DNA from: Malacoraja senta
Taxonomy: Eukaryota
Assembly: GCA_038087875.1 (NCBI GenBank)
Contig: CM075981.1
Coordinates: forward strand, 1,178,001 to 1,242,000
Reading direction: 5' to 3'
DNA: 64,000 nt
A program made the position numbers and the translations under genes. The notes under the pieces were generated by a model. The model was not told where the DNA came from. It ran no database searches and worked only from the letters and a program-made list of their open reading frames with translations. Shown here piece after piece: positions 1 to 13,106 of this stretch (position 1 is the stretch's first letter; every line of letters begins with the position of its first letter).

Positions 1-915
1 GATCATTGGAATATCAACATCTGGCTTTCACTCACCGGGCAGCGTGGAGATTAGAAGAATGGGAATCCACATTGTTTTATCCATAATGACAAGGCCAGCA
101 CTTGTCTGCCTGTCACTCAGCTCTGAGCTCTCAGATACAATCACATCTCTCTAATAGCAATTAGGAAGAAGGGAACTGGACGTCAGATCGTGAACCACAG
201 CGAGCCAGCAGCAGCTCGACACGTTGCAGTGTGAAAGGCTCAGGGTTATATTTAACCAATGGTTGTGTCAGAAGATAACAGAGTCATACAGCACGGAAAC
301 AGGCCCTTCTCCCCAACTCGTTAGTACAATATGCTCATCTAAGTTAGTCAAATTTGCCCACGTTCGATCCATATCTCCCCAAACCTTTCCTTTCCATGGA
401 CCAGTCCAAGTGTCCGTTACATGTTGTTATTGCAGATGCTTCAACCACTTCGTTAAGTGTGATGTATCCGTAAGGATGGAGTCAGTCTGTTAACACTGAA
501 CAGTGGTGGAAATATTGATAGACAAAAAAATGCAGGAGAAACTCTGCGGGCCAGGCAGCACCTCTGGACAGAATGGATAGGTGACGTTTCGGGTCGGGAC
601 CCTTCATGTAAACAATGATACGGTGGATATAATATGACATTTAGAAGGGTAGAAACGCCTCAGATGTGTACACTTCCGGATCATTCCCTCTTGATGATTT
701 TGTAAGTTGAACGGCAGATCAAAAATATAAACGTTGGAAGTTTTGTTTTGGCATATTGCTGTTGACAAGGGGCAAAACAGAAAGCTGGCGTTAGGAAGTA
801 GGGGCTTTTCACCTGAAATCAGCTGAGGTTAATTGGAGTTTGACCCTCTCCTCTGTGCTTGAACTCTTTAATTCAAACTTTGAAACGCAATTGTCATGAT
901 ATTCATGTTTTGAAA
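1..915. repeat. Duplicated leader plus upstream (promoter) segment, paralog of ~26850-27785
   Basis: Co-linear high similarity by eye over ~0.9 kb. Confidence 0.85.
36..72 (-). CDS. Leader (signal peptide) exon of receptor gene A, MWIPILLISTLP; the gene continues off the left edge
   Basis: ATG at 72-70, 37-nt phase-1 exon ending CCCG|gtgagt. Paralogous to the leaders at 26885, 40387 and 63880. Confidence 0.8.
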
Positions 916-2319
916 ATGACAATTAATGGTGTTGTGGACTGTGAAGATGTTTGTCTAGAATTACCGCAGGATGGAGATCAGCTGGGAAAGCGGGATGTGG
1001 AATGTAACTGACATGTGGAATGTAATTCAAAAAAGGTCGAAGTGATACACTCAGTGAAGTTAAAGCAAGGTAGAATATGCACGGTGAATTGAATTGCAAA
1101 CTTGTCTTCCTTGCAATGCAGAGCGAATAAGTTATGAGAGTTATGTTCATGTACATTCCATTGGCTGATTTTGTACATCTGCCTGCAACGATTTCATTCC
1201 GGACGCAACCAGTGGCATTATAATATAACCTAATGTCTGCGGTGGGCTATCGTTCTGCGTGTGTTGCTTTCAGGGGAACAGTGCAGTTTATTCGGGTTTT
1301 GTACATCTGTGGCATTGTTGTGCATCACGTGGTATGGGTGTAACACACTGATGTGTCCGCCACTGATGTTAGCTGATCGCTGGCGACCCTCAGTAAAGGA
1401 TCTTGTGTTAAGAGCTATTTCCTGTTTACTTGCCCAACTAAAGAACACTGCAGAGAGGAACAGACGATGCAACAAAACAATTTAATTCTGTCTTCATTCG
1501 CCATTGACCCATGACTTCTGCAAACACTGCTCAGCAAACAGTGTTACAACGAGCTGCTCGCAAGATGCGGTACAGAGATACTAATCTACACACCCTTGTT
1601 TCAGCAGGCCGAGCAAAGTGTCAGCACTACAGAACAATTCAGTGTAAAGACAGAAATGACTGTTTGAACATGTTAGATTAAAGTACATTGCAAGCTAGTA
1701 CCCACCACTAAAAACAACAGTGGCATCGACCCGAAATGTCACCCGTTCTTTCCCTCCAGTGATGCTGCCTATACCGCTGAGTCGCTGCAGTATTTTGTGT
1801 TGATCTGTGGCATCTCAGACCGTTTATCTCTCACTATCTGTGAGGCACTTTGGGATGTCTTGCAGTGGGGAAAAGCTCCAATTCAAGATCGTTCCTCCCA
1901 TTAGACCATTCACAGCTCCATTTGTACGGGCCAGGCGGCATCAGTGTGACCACAGAATCTGCAAGCATCTCTGGCTATTCAGCAACCCTCGGATATCCCT
2001 GACCTGGGGGTTTGTGTGTTCAAAGCAGCCTCTGGTCTCATTTCCTCGTCTCCTGGTTACTGTATGGAGAGTATTTATCTTTGGCAGTGGGGCATTTTAC
2101 CCAAAGCAATCCTTGAGTCTATCCGAACTTTATGGCGGTTACTCCGTTATTGCAGGTCACAATTTTTTTATTTTCAAACATCATCCTTCATAGTTCTTTC
2201 ATGGGCTGTTTACAGTCAGAAGTCAGACATAGGAAAGCAACACAATGTATTTGCAGTTTCACACCTTTGCAAGCTGCAACTCAACCATTTTGTTCTGCAC
2301 AAGAATATATTTTCCACGA

Positions 2320-2614
2320 GTTTAGTTTTGATTAGAGATGCAGCGCGGAAACAGGTATTACGGCCAACCGAGTGCACACTGACCACATCTCACCGCACAT
2401 TAACACTACCCCACACACACTGGAGACAATTTACATTTATAGCCTACACACCTGTACGTCCTTGGAATGTGGGAGGAAACGAAAGATCTCGAAGAAAACC
2501 CCGCGGTTACGGTAGAACGCACAAATTCCGTGCAGACAGCTCCCGTAATCGGGATCGAACCCGGGTCTCCGGCGCTGCAAGCGCTTAAGGCACCAACTCT
2601 ACCGTTGCGCCACC
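2320..2614 (-). mobile_element. tRNA-derived SINE
   Basis: On the minus strand it begins ggtggcgcaacggtagag (A box) and has gggttcgatcc (B box); tail resembles the other SINE copies. Confidence 0.8.
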
Positions 2615-2842
2615 TTATCCATTATTTATAGTCCTTTAACAACTTTGTACGGTGGACAAAATGAATAGCGTTGCAGCATTAAAATGTTTATCAATATTAC
2701 GGTATTCAAAAGACGCGAAAGTGGGGTGATATAGAACCAGTGTGAAAGGGTTGATTGCGGCTTGACGTGGGCTCGGTGGGCCAAATGGTCTGTATCCATG
2801 CTGCATCTTTCAATCACTTAATCGAAAAAAAATAGTTCTACA

Positions 2843-3440
2843 ACATGCTGGAGTAACTCAGCGGGACACGCAGCATCTATGGATGAAAGGAATGGGTGAC
2901 GTTTCGGGTCGAGACCCTTCTTCAGACTGAAGTCAGGGGAGAGGGAGATACTTGGATAAGGAACAATCAGGTGTGAAAACGGGACAAAGGGGTTGTAGAT
3001 CAATGAAAATGTAGAATAGATCATCGTTAGATGGGAGATGGTTACAACAAAGCGATTGAGATAAAATGTAGTCGGAGACTGTCAGACTGATTGGAGAACT
3101 GGCAAGGGGGGGGGGTGGATTGAGTGGGAAAGCAAGGGTTACTTGAAGTTAGAGAAGTCAATGTTCACGTCGCTGCGGTGTAAGCTGCCCAAGCGAAATA
3201 TGAGGTGCTGTTCCTCCAATTTGCGCTGGGACTCACTCTGACAATGGAGGAGGCCCAGGATAGAAATGTCAGTGTGGGAATGGGAGGGGGAGTTTGGTTA
3301 GCTACCGGGATATCAGGCAGGGGGCGGACTGAGCGGAGGGGTTCAGCGAAACGATCGCCGCGAAGCGAGAACAAGCGCAGGCTCGGCGATCGTTTCGCTG
3401 AACACCTGCTCAGTCTGCCTACACCGAACTGATCTCCACA
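2843..3440 (-). mobile_element. Penelope-like retroelement fragment (GIY-YIG C-terminal remnant plus the abundant terminal repeat)
   Basis: Degenerate minus-strand coding GDRFAE.LRSV...KLEEQHLIFRLGSL..NIDFSNFK; same family as the fragment at 24.2-25.0 kb. Confidence 0.65.
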
Positions 3441-4015
3441 GATGCCGACTGTCACGCTGAGTTACCCCAGCAATTGATGTCTATCTTCGGTTTAAACCAG
3501 CATCTGCAGTTCCTTCCTGCCTAAAATTAGTTGCATATCGGAAATGAAATCTGCAGATGTTGGATGTGCTTAGCGCGTCAGTCAGCATCTGTGGAGAGAA
3601 AAATAAGGCTAATAGTCTGAACAATCTCATTGCATAATTTTGTTCTGATGGGATAGCATTGTCTGAACGATTAATTGATTGCCTTTCCTAAACGCCCTTA
3701 ACGTTTTTTCAACTGGATGATTATCCAGCAGCCTGATTGCAGTCTGTTCTTCGTCACTAAAGTTGCAGTCTAAACAAAACAAATTAGATAAACCATTTAT
3801 TGACAACAACCATTAATTAATAATCATTCTGTTGCATTTTTATTCATTAATCTGTGAAAATGCATCCAGGAAGTTGAATGTATATAATATAGTTTAACAG
3901 AGAATATGACTCTGGAGCAGCAGAAACCACGCAGAGGTTAAAACAATAGGTCCAAGCTGACGAAAGAAACCTTGGAAGAGGTGACAAAAATTAAGGTGGT
4001 GCAAGGTAGGTGTCT

Positions 4016-4063
4016 TCATTGTAATTCGTGTGTCGAGTAGCGAGGTTCTGATTCATTGCGTCT
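4016..4063 (-). pseudogene. Gene B last (short cytoplasmic tail) exon, RRNESEPRYSTHELQ*
   Basis: Acceptor cattgtcttttccag|AGA. Same length, phase and upstream intron sequence as the gene E tail exon (61961-62008, RRDEPNPHSVAPEVK*). Confidence 0.75.
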
Positions 4064-4691
4064 CTGGAAAAGACAATGTGACGTCATGAGTCTCACTGAC
4101 AGTGGGAACCACGCTTTATTTGACCCGACCAACACATTGTTGTCTGGAAGATGGACCCCAACGAATCCACACCGGGCACAGAAATCCACCCTGCACACGT
4201 ATACTCTGACAAAACCTCGTGATATCATCTACATTGAGATTTGGTTTAACTTCAGGATATGAAAACGTGCACGGTTTTTGATTCTATCAATGGACGGGAT
4301 ATTTAAAAGTATTAATAGAATCCGTTTGGGTACATTCGGCGAAGAGAAGGGATTGCTTTTGTCAGAAGGTGGTGAATCTATGGATTTCATTGCCACAGGA
4401 GGCTGCGGAGGCCAAGTCAATTCACACCGGAGATGCTGCCTGTCCCGCTGAGCTATTCCAGCATTTTTGTATCTATCCAAATCGATCGATGTTTTTTAGG
4501 GCGGAGATATTCATATTCTTGATAAATAATACATGGATCTTGGACAAGCAGCAACAAAAAAAAGCAGGGAGAAGAGCTGATTGGCTGAAGCCAGTGGGAG
4601 AAGGGGAATGTCACAGGGGGAAAACAGTTTAAAACTGAGGAATTTGGTCTGTAAATGGGTAAATTAGACAATTTATCAGTCAATATAAGGA

Positions 4692-7600
4692 AGACTGCTT
4701 TAAGGGAGCGGCAGTGAGCGAAGTGCCTTGTGAGGGAAGTACCTTGTGAGGGAAGTGCCTTGTGAGGGAAGTGTGAGTCTTTGGCTCCAGAGTCTTCGGC
4801 GAGGAGGCTGAGAAGTGGACGCTACGCAAAACGCTGGAGAGGGAGAGACGTAAGAAAGAGATGTCAAGCAAGCTGATTCACTGTGATGCTTGCAGTATGT
4901 GGGAGGCCAAGGACACTGCTGGTGCCTCTGGCTGCTACAAATGTGAGAAGTGCATCCAGGTACAGCTCCTGAAGGACCTTGTTGGGGAACTGGAGAAGCA
5001 AGTGGATGACCTCAGGTTCGTCCGAGAGGCTGAGTCGTTCCTCGACGAGTCCTACAGCAAGATGGTTACACCTAAGGTACTGGAAGAGAGAAGGTGGGTG
5101 ACGGTGAGAAAGGGAAGTAAACATGGAATGCAAAGGTCCCCGGGGTGTTGTAGCTCTTGTGAACAGGTTCACCCACTTAGAAGCTGCCGGGGCAGGAGAC
5201 GTTGACGCACTGAGCTGGCGCACTGGTTTGCAAAGCAAGGGGTGCTGTTGAGCCAAAGCCAAAGAGGCCGACGTCAGGCAACGCTGTGGTGGTTGGAGAC
5301 TCCATTGTGAGAGGTACGGCCAGGGGTTTCTGCGGCAACAGACGGGATTCGGGGATGGTGTGCTGCCTCCCTGGGGCCAGGATCCAGGATGTCATGGATA
5401 GAGTGCAGAAAATCCTCAAGGGCGAAGGTGAACAGCCGGAAGTTGTAGTGCATGTTGGCACAAACAATGTCGGAAAGAAGGGGATGAATATTCTGAAGCA
5501 TGACTTTAGAGAGCTTGGAAAAGTGCTGAAAAGCAGGACCGCCAGCGTGATTATCTCCGGTTGGCTTCCAGTTCCTCTTGCTGGCGAGAGCAAGAACAGG
5601 GAGATACAGGACCTGAATGTGTGGCTGAGGAACTGGTGCAGGGGGCAGGGATTTAGATTCTTAGACCACTGGGATCTGTTTTGGAGTAAGGGGGAACTGT
5701 ACAAAAGGGGGCGGATTGCACCTTAACAGATGGGGGACCGGCATTCTGGTAGGCAGGTTAGCCACTGCGACACAGATGGTTTTAAACTGAATAAGGGGGG
5801 TGGTGGTGTCAAATGGTATAGTCAAGGATAGAGTTAAAGGGAAAGGGAGTAAAGGAATAGCTAATGAGCCCAGAATTAACGGGAAAGAAAGTTCACAATA
5901 GGAAAGTATGGCCAAGTGTAATAGGGATCGATGTGAAAGGTGAGATGCGTAAGGAATTAAAAGTATTGTATTTGAATGCGCAAAGTATAAGAAGCAAAGT
6001 AGATGAGCTTGAGGCTCAGTTAGAGGTTGGTAGATATGACATTGTAGGGATTACCAAGACTTGGCTGCAGGAGGATCAGGCCTGGGAACTTGATATTCAG
6101 GGTTACTCATCCTATAGAAAGTGTGGGAAGAGGAGGGGGGTAGCTCTGCTGGTGAGGGATGGAATTCAGTGCCTAGCGAGGGAAGACAGAGGGACTGAGG
6201 AGGTGGAGTCACGCTGGATTGTGTTGAGGAATTGCAGAGGCAAGAAGACACTAAGTGGTGTTTTCTACATACCCCCAAATAGTAGCCCGGATGTAGGGTG
6301 TAAGTTACAGCAGGAGTTAAAACTGGCATGTACCAAAGGTAATGCCACTGCGGTGATGGGGAATTTCAATATGCAGGTAGACTGGGAAAATCAGGTTGGT
6401 TCAGGACCCCAAGAAAGAGAGTTTGTAGAATGCCTCCGAGATGGGTTCTTATATAGCAGCTTGTAATGGAGCCGACCAGAGAAAAGGCAATTCTGGATTT
6501 AGTGTTGTCCAATAAACCAGAATTCGAGGTAATGGAACCGCTTGGAGGTAGTGATCATAATATGATTAGCTTTAATCTGCAATTTGAGAAGGAGAACGTT
6601 AAATCGGAAATGTCAGTGATGCAATTGAACAAAGGGGACTATGAAGGCATGAGAGAGGAGCTGGCCAAGGTAGACTGGAAAGGGATCCTAGCAGGAATGA
6701 CGGTGAAACACCAATGGCAGAATTTTCTGGGCATAATCCGGAAGATGCAGGGTAATTTCATTCCAAAAAGGAAGAAAGATTCTAAGGGGAGTAAGAGGCA
6801 ACCGTGGCTGACAGGGGAAGTTAGGGATAGAATAAAATTAAAAGGAAAGATGTATAACACAGCAAAGAGTAGTCGGAAGCCAGGGGATTGGGAAACTTTC
6901 ATAGGACAACAGTAGGAAACAAAACGGGCAATACGGGCTGAAAAGATGAAGTACGAGGGGAAGCTGGCCAGGAATATAAAGAAGGACAGTAAAAGCTTCT
7001 TTAGATATGTTAAGGGGAAAACAGTAGCAAAATCAGATGTGGGTCACTTGAAGGCGGACACAGGTGAAATTATTACGGGGAACAAGGAAATGGCAGAGGA
7101 GTTGAACATGTACTTTGGATCTGTCTTCACTAAGGAAGACAAAAACAATCTCCCAGAAGTACTGGAGGACAGAGGATCAAAGGGGGTAGATGAACTGAAA
7201 TAAATTATCTTTAAGCGAGAAATAGTATTGGGCAGCTAATGGGACTGAAGGATGATAAATCCCCTGGGCCTGATGGTCTGCATCCCAGGGTCCTCAGGGA
7301 GGTGGCTCTAGAAATAGTGGACGCACTGGTGATCATTTTCCAATGTTCAATAGATTCAGGATCAGTTCCTGTGGATTGGAGGATAGCTAATGTTATCCCA
7401 CTTTTCAAGACGGGAGCGAGAGTGAAAACGGGGAATTACAGTCCAGTTAGCCTGACTTCGGTGGTGGGAAAGATGCTGGAGTCAATCATTAAAGAGGTAA
7501 TTATGGGGCATTTGGATAGCAGTAAAATGATTAGTCCAAGTCAGCATGGATTTATGAAAGGAAAATCATGCATGACTATCCTTCTGGAAAGTTTTGAGGA

Positions 7601-8819
7601 TGTGACAAGCAACATGCATGAAGGGGATCCAGTGGATGTAGTATATCTAGACTAGTGTATCAGAAAGCTTTTGATAAGGTTCCGCATGGGAGACTGGTGC
7701 CTAAAATTAGAGCACATGGTATTGGGGCTAGGGTGCTGACGTGGATAGAAAATTGGTTGGCAGAAAGGAAGCCAAGAGTGCGAGTGAACGGGTCCTTTTC
7801 AGAATGGCAGGCAGTGGCGAGTGGAGTGCCGCAAGGCTCGGTGTTGAGGCCACAACTGTTTACCATATATATTAATGATTTGGAAGAGGGAATTATGAGC
7901 AACACGAGCAAGTTTGCAGATGACACAAAGCTGGGTGGCAGTGTGAACTGTGAAGAGGATGTTAGGAGGTTGCAGGGTGACCTGGACAGGTTGAGTGTGT
8001 GGGCAGATGCGTGGCAGATGCAGTATAATATAGATAAATGTGAGGTTATCCACTTTGGTGGCAAAAACAAGGGGGGCAGATTATAATCTCAATCGGGTTA
8101 GGTTAGGTAAGGGGGAGGTACAACGAGTCCTGGGTGTCCTTGCACACCGGTCATTGAAAGTTGGCGTGCAGGTACAGCAGGCAGTGAAGGAAGCTAATGG
8201 AATGTTGGCCTTCATAACACGAGGATTTCAATATAGGAGTAGACATGTTCTTCTGCAGTTGTATAGGGCTCTGGTAAGACCCTGGAGTATTGTGTACAGT
8301 TTTTACTCCTAATTTGAGGAAGGACATCCTTGTGATTGAGGCAGTGCAGTGTAGGTTCACAAGATTGATCCGTGGGATGGCAGGATTTTCATATGAATTC
8401 ACTAGAGTCTAGAAGGATGAGGGGGGGGGGGTCTTATAGAAATATATACAATTATAAAAGGACTGGACAAGCTAGATGCAGGAAAAATATTCCCAATGTT
8501 GGGCGAGTCCGGAACCAGGGGCCACAGTCTTAGAATAAAGGGGAGGTCATTTAAGATTGTGGTGAGAAAAAATTTCACCCAGAGAGTTGTGAATTTGTGG
8601 AATTCCCTGCCACAGAGGGCAGTGGAGGCCAAATCACTGGATGGATTTAAGAGAGAGTTAAATATAACTCGAGGGGCTGGTGGAATCAAGGGATATGGGG
8701 AGAAGGTAGGCACGGGTAATTGATTGGGGACGATCAGCCATGATCTCAATGAATGGCGGTGCTGGCTCGAAGGGCCGAATGGCCTCCTCCAACACCTATT
8801 TTCTATGTTTCTATGTTTC
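4692..8819 (+). mobile_element. Near full-length CR1 LINE (decayed): ORF1 with Cys-rich N-terminus and SGNH/GDSL esterase, ORF2 with APE endonuclease and RT
   Basis: ORF1 motifs VVGDSIVR, LPGARI, VHVGTNN. ORF2 motifs YLNAQSI, KAFDKVPH, FADDTKLGG. (ctatgttt)n tail. 8-bp TSD tataagga at 4684-4691 and 8820-8827. Several stops and frameshifts. Confidence 0.93.
4720..4773 (+). repeat. 16-bp tandem repeat (gaagtgccttgtgagg x ~3.4) in the CR1 5' UTR
   Basis: Directly visible. Confidence 0.9.
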
Positions 8820-8972
8820 TATAAGGATGTCAAGGGTTATGGGGAGAAGGCAGGAGGATGGGATCATGAGGGAAGGATAGATTAGCCGTGATTTGGGGCG
8901 GGTTAGATCTGATGGGCTGAATGGCCTAATTCTGCTCCTATACTTCATGAACATGATGACAATAAAGCCTAC

Positions 8973-9050
8973 CTGAACACCGCGCTTGAGATACCCCACA
9001 TCACAAGCAGGAGTAAGTGCAGCCAGCGCCCAACTTTCCACGAGATGTAA
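8973..9050 (-). pseudogene. Gene B transmembrane pseudo-exon, activating type (YISWKVGRWLHLLLLVMWGISSAVF)
   Basis: Homologous to the gene E TM exon. Acceptor AG changed to AC, 13 nt shorter at the 3' end, donor gtaggc retained. Confidence 0.8.
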
Positions 9051-9239
9051 GTGGGCAAAGGGCAAGAGATAGAGAATCAATGGGAGGAAACGAGACGGTT
9101 AATCTATGAAATATTTACATGTTATTTGCTTCGTAATCTTGGAGAAGTGGAGCGGGGCGGAGCAGCAGAGCCAATGGCGATCAGCTTGGAGAAAGAACGG
9201 GTGTTGAACAAGGGTGGGGGTGGGGGTGGGGAAGGACAC

Positions 9240-9825
9240 AATTTCAATTTCAATTTCAATTTCAATTCAACTTTATTGTCATTGCACAGATACAAGTATG
9301 GGTACCACGAAATGCAGTTTAGCGTCTGTTCGTAGTAATAGTGCAATATATTAATAAAAATACAGAATAAGAATAATATACAGAATACAAATACAGAATA
9401 AGCAAACAATGTGGACGGAGAGACAGGAGAAATCTATCGGCGGGACTCCGAGTTCAGCAATGTGATAGTGTTGTTGAAGCAGCTGTTCCTCATCCTACTT
9501 GTACGAGACCTGGGGCTTCTGTACCGCCTCCCTGATGGGAGGAGGGCAAACAGTCCATGGTTAGGGTGGGAGGGGTCCTTTATGATCTTCCCGGCCCGTC
9601 TCAGACACCGTCTTCGGTGGAGGGCATCCATTGCAGGGAGCGGGGCACCGATGATGTACTGAGCGGTCTTCACCACCCGTTGTAGTGCCTTCCTGTCAGC
9701 TACCGTGCAACTGCTGTACCATACCGTGATGCAGGTGGTCGGGATGCTTTCGATGGTACAGCGGTAAAAGTTGGTCAGGATCTGGGGGGACAGGTGAGCT
9801 TTCTTGAGCCTCCTCAGGAACTTAT
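9240..9825 (-). mobile_element. Rex1/Babar-like LINE, 3' fragment
   Basis: [19 protein letters not shown]...[10 protein letters not shown]; (attgaa)n-type tail; nearly identical to 19.3-19.9 kb. Confidence 0.85.
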
Positions 9826-11404
9826 GATCACCAATTACTGACCTCATTGCTGGAGCATGGCTACAAGACTGGGAAAGAGATTACACGGTTAAATGGATTC
9901 GGAGAAGACAGAGAAATAAGTGATGAGGGAGCTGTGAATACAGTGAATGCAGAGTAGATCGACACAAAATGCTGGAAAAAAACAACGGGAGAGGCAGCAT
10001 CTCTGGAGAGAAGGAATGCGTGACGTTTCGGGTCGAGACCATTCTTCAGACTGTGAGTCACGGAAGAGGGAAGCTGGGGATGTGGAAGGATACAAAGAAC
10101 AGTGTAATACCCTGGAATAAAGGAAATGCAGCTGCAAGGAAGATTATAATAAAATATATGGACAGGAATAATAAGAAGGGATCAATTCTAATGGTGGAAG
10201 GGAGATGGGACAATAAATATGGAAACGGATGAGGCCAAGTAATAAAATTAATTAAAAATAATAATGCTTAATCTCACACTCTCGATATTACTTGGATTAA
10301 CGCAGTAGGTGTGTGGATGGAGGAATCGTGTTCGAAAAATCGGTTAAAGGTTCGCTCATAACGGCGTGGCTTTTATTAACATTCTTATTTCCTAAAGCAA
10401 GTATAACACAAGAGTGTGATAGAAAGCCAGATCTATTTCAATTGTAACAAGTTAAATAACAAAATGTTCCCACATTCATGACTGTATTATGATGGAATAT
10501 TCAGGGTTTCTTTTTATAAATGGTTTAAAGTTTAAAGTGTAAGAGAGCGTCAGCTAACTCAGTTCTCTGTTTTCGGTCTGATTCAAGACCGTTTTCTCAC
10601 ATTCTGCGCTAGCGAATTTTTGGTGCATGACCCCATCAATGGCAAGGTGTTCCCACAAGTAATAACAAGGGTGTGTCTTAGCCCATAATTCACAATGCAT
10701 TTACCTATCAGCACCACACCAGAGCAAGTCACAGCAAAGCTAAACTGCAAGACTTGGGTTTGGCAACTATATTCATCTCACAGCATGGGATGAGGTTAGT
10801 GATGGAGAAGTCATGGTGAATACTGCAGGGAAAGCTCTCTGAAAAGCAGCAAAAGGAGGAACTTGTTCTTATCATCCAAGCATGTACACAACACAATGAG
10901 ATGTAAACCCAGTGCGATTCCCCTTCTGATGAGTTAACTAATAACTGGTTTGCAAGTTATATATATATTATTAAAGAATATTAAAGAGACAAATTTATAT
11001 TTGGTGTCAGGCTTGAGACAATAGACAATAGACAAGAGGTGCAGGGGTAGGCCATTTGGCCCTTTGAGCCAGCACCGCCATTCAAAGTGATCATGGCTGA
11101 ACGTACACAATTTGAATATGCTTCATATTTGATTTCATTGGATCAAAGACCCATGGAGAAACACAATATAGAAACAGGTCATTTGGCCCTTCAGGTCTGT
11201 GCCGACCGTCAACTACATTCACATGAATCCTGTGTCAATCCCATTTTTGTTTTCCCCACTTTCTCATCAACTACCACTACCGTCCAATACCCTCCCTCCC
11301 TCCCCCGCCCCACCCCCTATCCACAGATTTGACCGCACTCCTGTACACAAGGGGCAATTTACACCTGGCACATCTTTGGGAGCGGGGAGGAAACTGGAGC
11401 ACAT

Positions 11405-12372
11405 AAATGAGCACTTCAAAGTAACATTAGCAAATTTGCAAATGATACAAGGCTGGGTGGCAGTGTGAACTGTGAGGAGGATGCTATGAGAATGCAGGGT
11501 GACATGGACAGGTTGGGGGAGTGGGCAGATGCATGGCAGATGAAGTTAAATGCGGATAAATGTGAGGTTATCCACTTTGGTAGCAACAACTGGAAGGCAG
11601 ATTACTATCTAAATGGCGTCAAGTTGGGAAAAGGAGACGTACAACGGGATCTGGGGGTCCTTGTACATCAGTCTATGAAAGTGATCATGCAGGTACAGCA
11701 GGCAGTGAAGAAAGTGTATGGCATGTTGGCCTTTATAACAAGAGGAATCGAATATAGGAGCAAAGAGGTCCTTCTGCAGTTGTACAGAGCCCTAATGAGA
11801 CCACACCTGGAGTATTGTGTGCAGTTTTGGTCCCCTAATTTGAGGAAGGACATTCTTGCTATTGAGGGTGTGCAGCGTAGGTTTACAAGGTTAATTCCCG
11901 GGATGGCGGGACTGTTATATGCTGAGAGAATGGAGCAGCTGGGCTTGTACACTCTGGAGTTTAGAAGGATGAGAGGGTTTCTCATTGAAACATATAAGAT
12001 TGTTAAGGGCTTGGACACACTAGAGGCAGGAAACATGTTCCCGATGTTGGGGGAGTCCAGAACCAAGGGGCACAGTTTAAGAATAAGGAGTAAGACATTT
12101 AGAACGGAGACGAGGAAACACTTTTTCTCACAGAGAGTGGTGAGTCTGTGGAATTCTCTGCCTCAGAGGGCAGTATAGGCAGGTTCTCTGGATGCTTTCA
12201 AGAGAGAGCGAGATAGGGCTGTTTAAAATAGCGGAGTCAGGTGATATGGAGAGAAGGCAGTAACGGTTACTAATTGGGGATGATCAGCCATGATCACATT
12301 GAATGGCGGTGCTGGCTCGAAGGGCCAAATGGCCTACTCCTGCACCTATTGTCTATTGTCTATTGTCTATTG
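11405..12372 (+). mobile_element. CR1 LINE 3' fragment
   Basis: RT C-terminal ORF 11465-12178 (RPHLEYCVQFWSP); (ctattgt)n tail. Confidence 0.92.
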
Positions 12373-12841
12373 AAACCAACACAATTAAAGGCAAAACATG
12401 CAGACCACCCACAGACAGCACCTAATGAGCCTATGTCGTGGCGTTGTGAGGCTGTGGCTCTACGGGCTGTGCCACTGTGCATTCAGATCAATAATCTCAC
12501 GGCATTTAATGACAGTGAAAGGAAGGCACAACTTTCTCCCAAATAAAGCATTCCCAATCAAAATACCAGGAATTAGTACATAGTAACTTTCATTGGAAAC
12601 AGAGTGGTTTACCTTGCTGATTAATTGGATGTTATCGCATTTTAATGACCTGTTGGAACAAGAAAATGAAAGTCAGTTTCACTGCTTTTCACTTGCAGTT
12701 GAACAAAGGAGTATGGTTTTCCGATGTAAGTCGTGGATAGGCTGAACAGACAGGATAACGATTCTTCAGTGTGATTTGCGCAAATGGGAGATGTTATGAC
12801 ACACAGGCGTGCTGGAAAGAACTCTGGCGCCAGCTGTAGAA

Positions 12842-13106
12842 GGCACAGTGGCGCAGCAGTAGAGTTGCTGCCTTACAACGCGAGAGACCCGGGTTCGATC
12901 CTGACTACGGATGCTGTCTGTACGGAATTTGTACCTCCTCCCTGTGACCGCGTGGGCTTTCTCCAAGTGCTCCAGTTTCCACCCGCATTCCAAAATCGTG
13001 TAGGTTTGCCGGTTCATTGGCTTTCTAAATTGTCTCAATGGAACTAGTGTACTGGTGAACACTGGACGGTGTGTACCCAGCGGGTCGAAGAGCCTGTTTC
13101 CACGCT
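12842..13106 (+). mobile_element. tRNA-derived SINE
   Basis: ggcacagtggcgcagcagtagag A box, gggttcgatcc B box, tgtatc..taaact tail. Confidence 0.85.

Noticed and set aside
3627-3770. Strong minus-strand acceptor with an open frame (DCNFSDEEQ...) as an extra tail exon
   Set aside because: It lies downstream of the gene B stop exon, has no convincing donor and no paralog in gene E.
4720-4773. CRISPR-like or other spaced repeat arrays
   Set aside because: Only head-to-tail tandem repeats and LINE microsatellite tails exist here; eukaryotic sequence with no repeat-spacer structure.
5177-8402. Many antisense ORFs over CR1 and Rex copies (also at 11.7, 20-21.8, 39.7 and 42-44.7 kb)
   Set aside because: Shadow frames of LINE ORFs that recur in every copy.
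10111-10187. Hydrophobic minus-strand stretch (PFLLFLSIYFIIIFLAAAFPLF) as the gene B TM exon
   Set aside because: T-rich chance hydrophobicity with a weak donor; the true TM homolog is at 8973-9050.
10278-10391. Possible stalk exon of gene B (good acceptor and donor, S/T/P-rich)
   Set aside because: The 114-nt length does not fit phase 1-2, it contains a stop, and it has no clear homology to the D or E stalks. A second candidate at 12613-12741 is equally unresolved.
12842-12910. tRNA genes at the SINE heads
   Set aside because: A and B boxes are present, but they continue into SINE bodies and I could not fold a cloverleaf.
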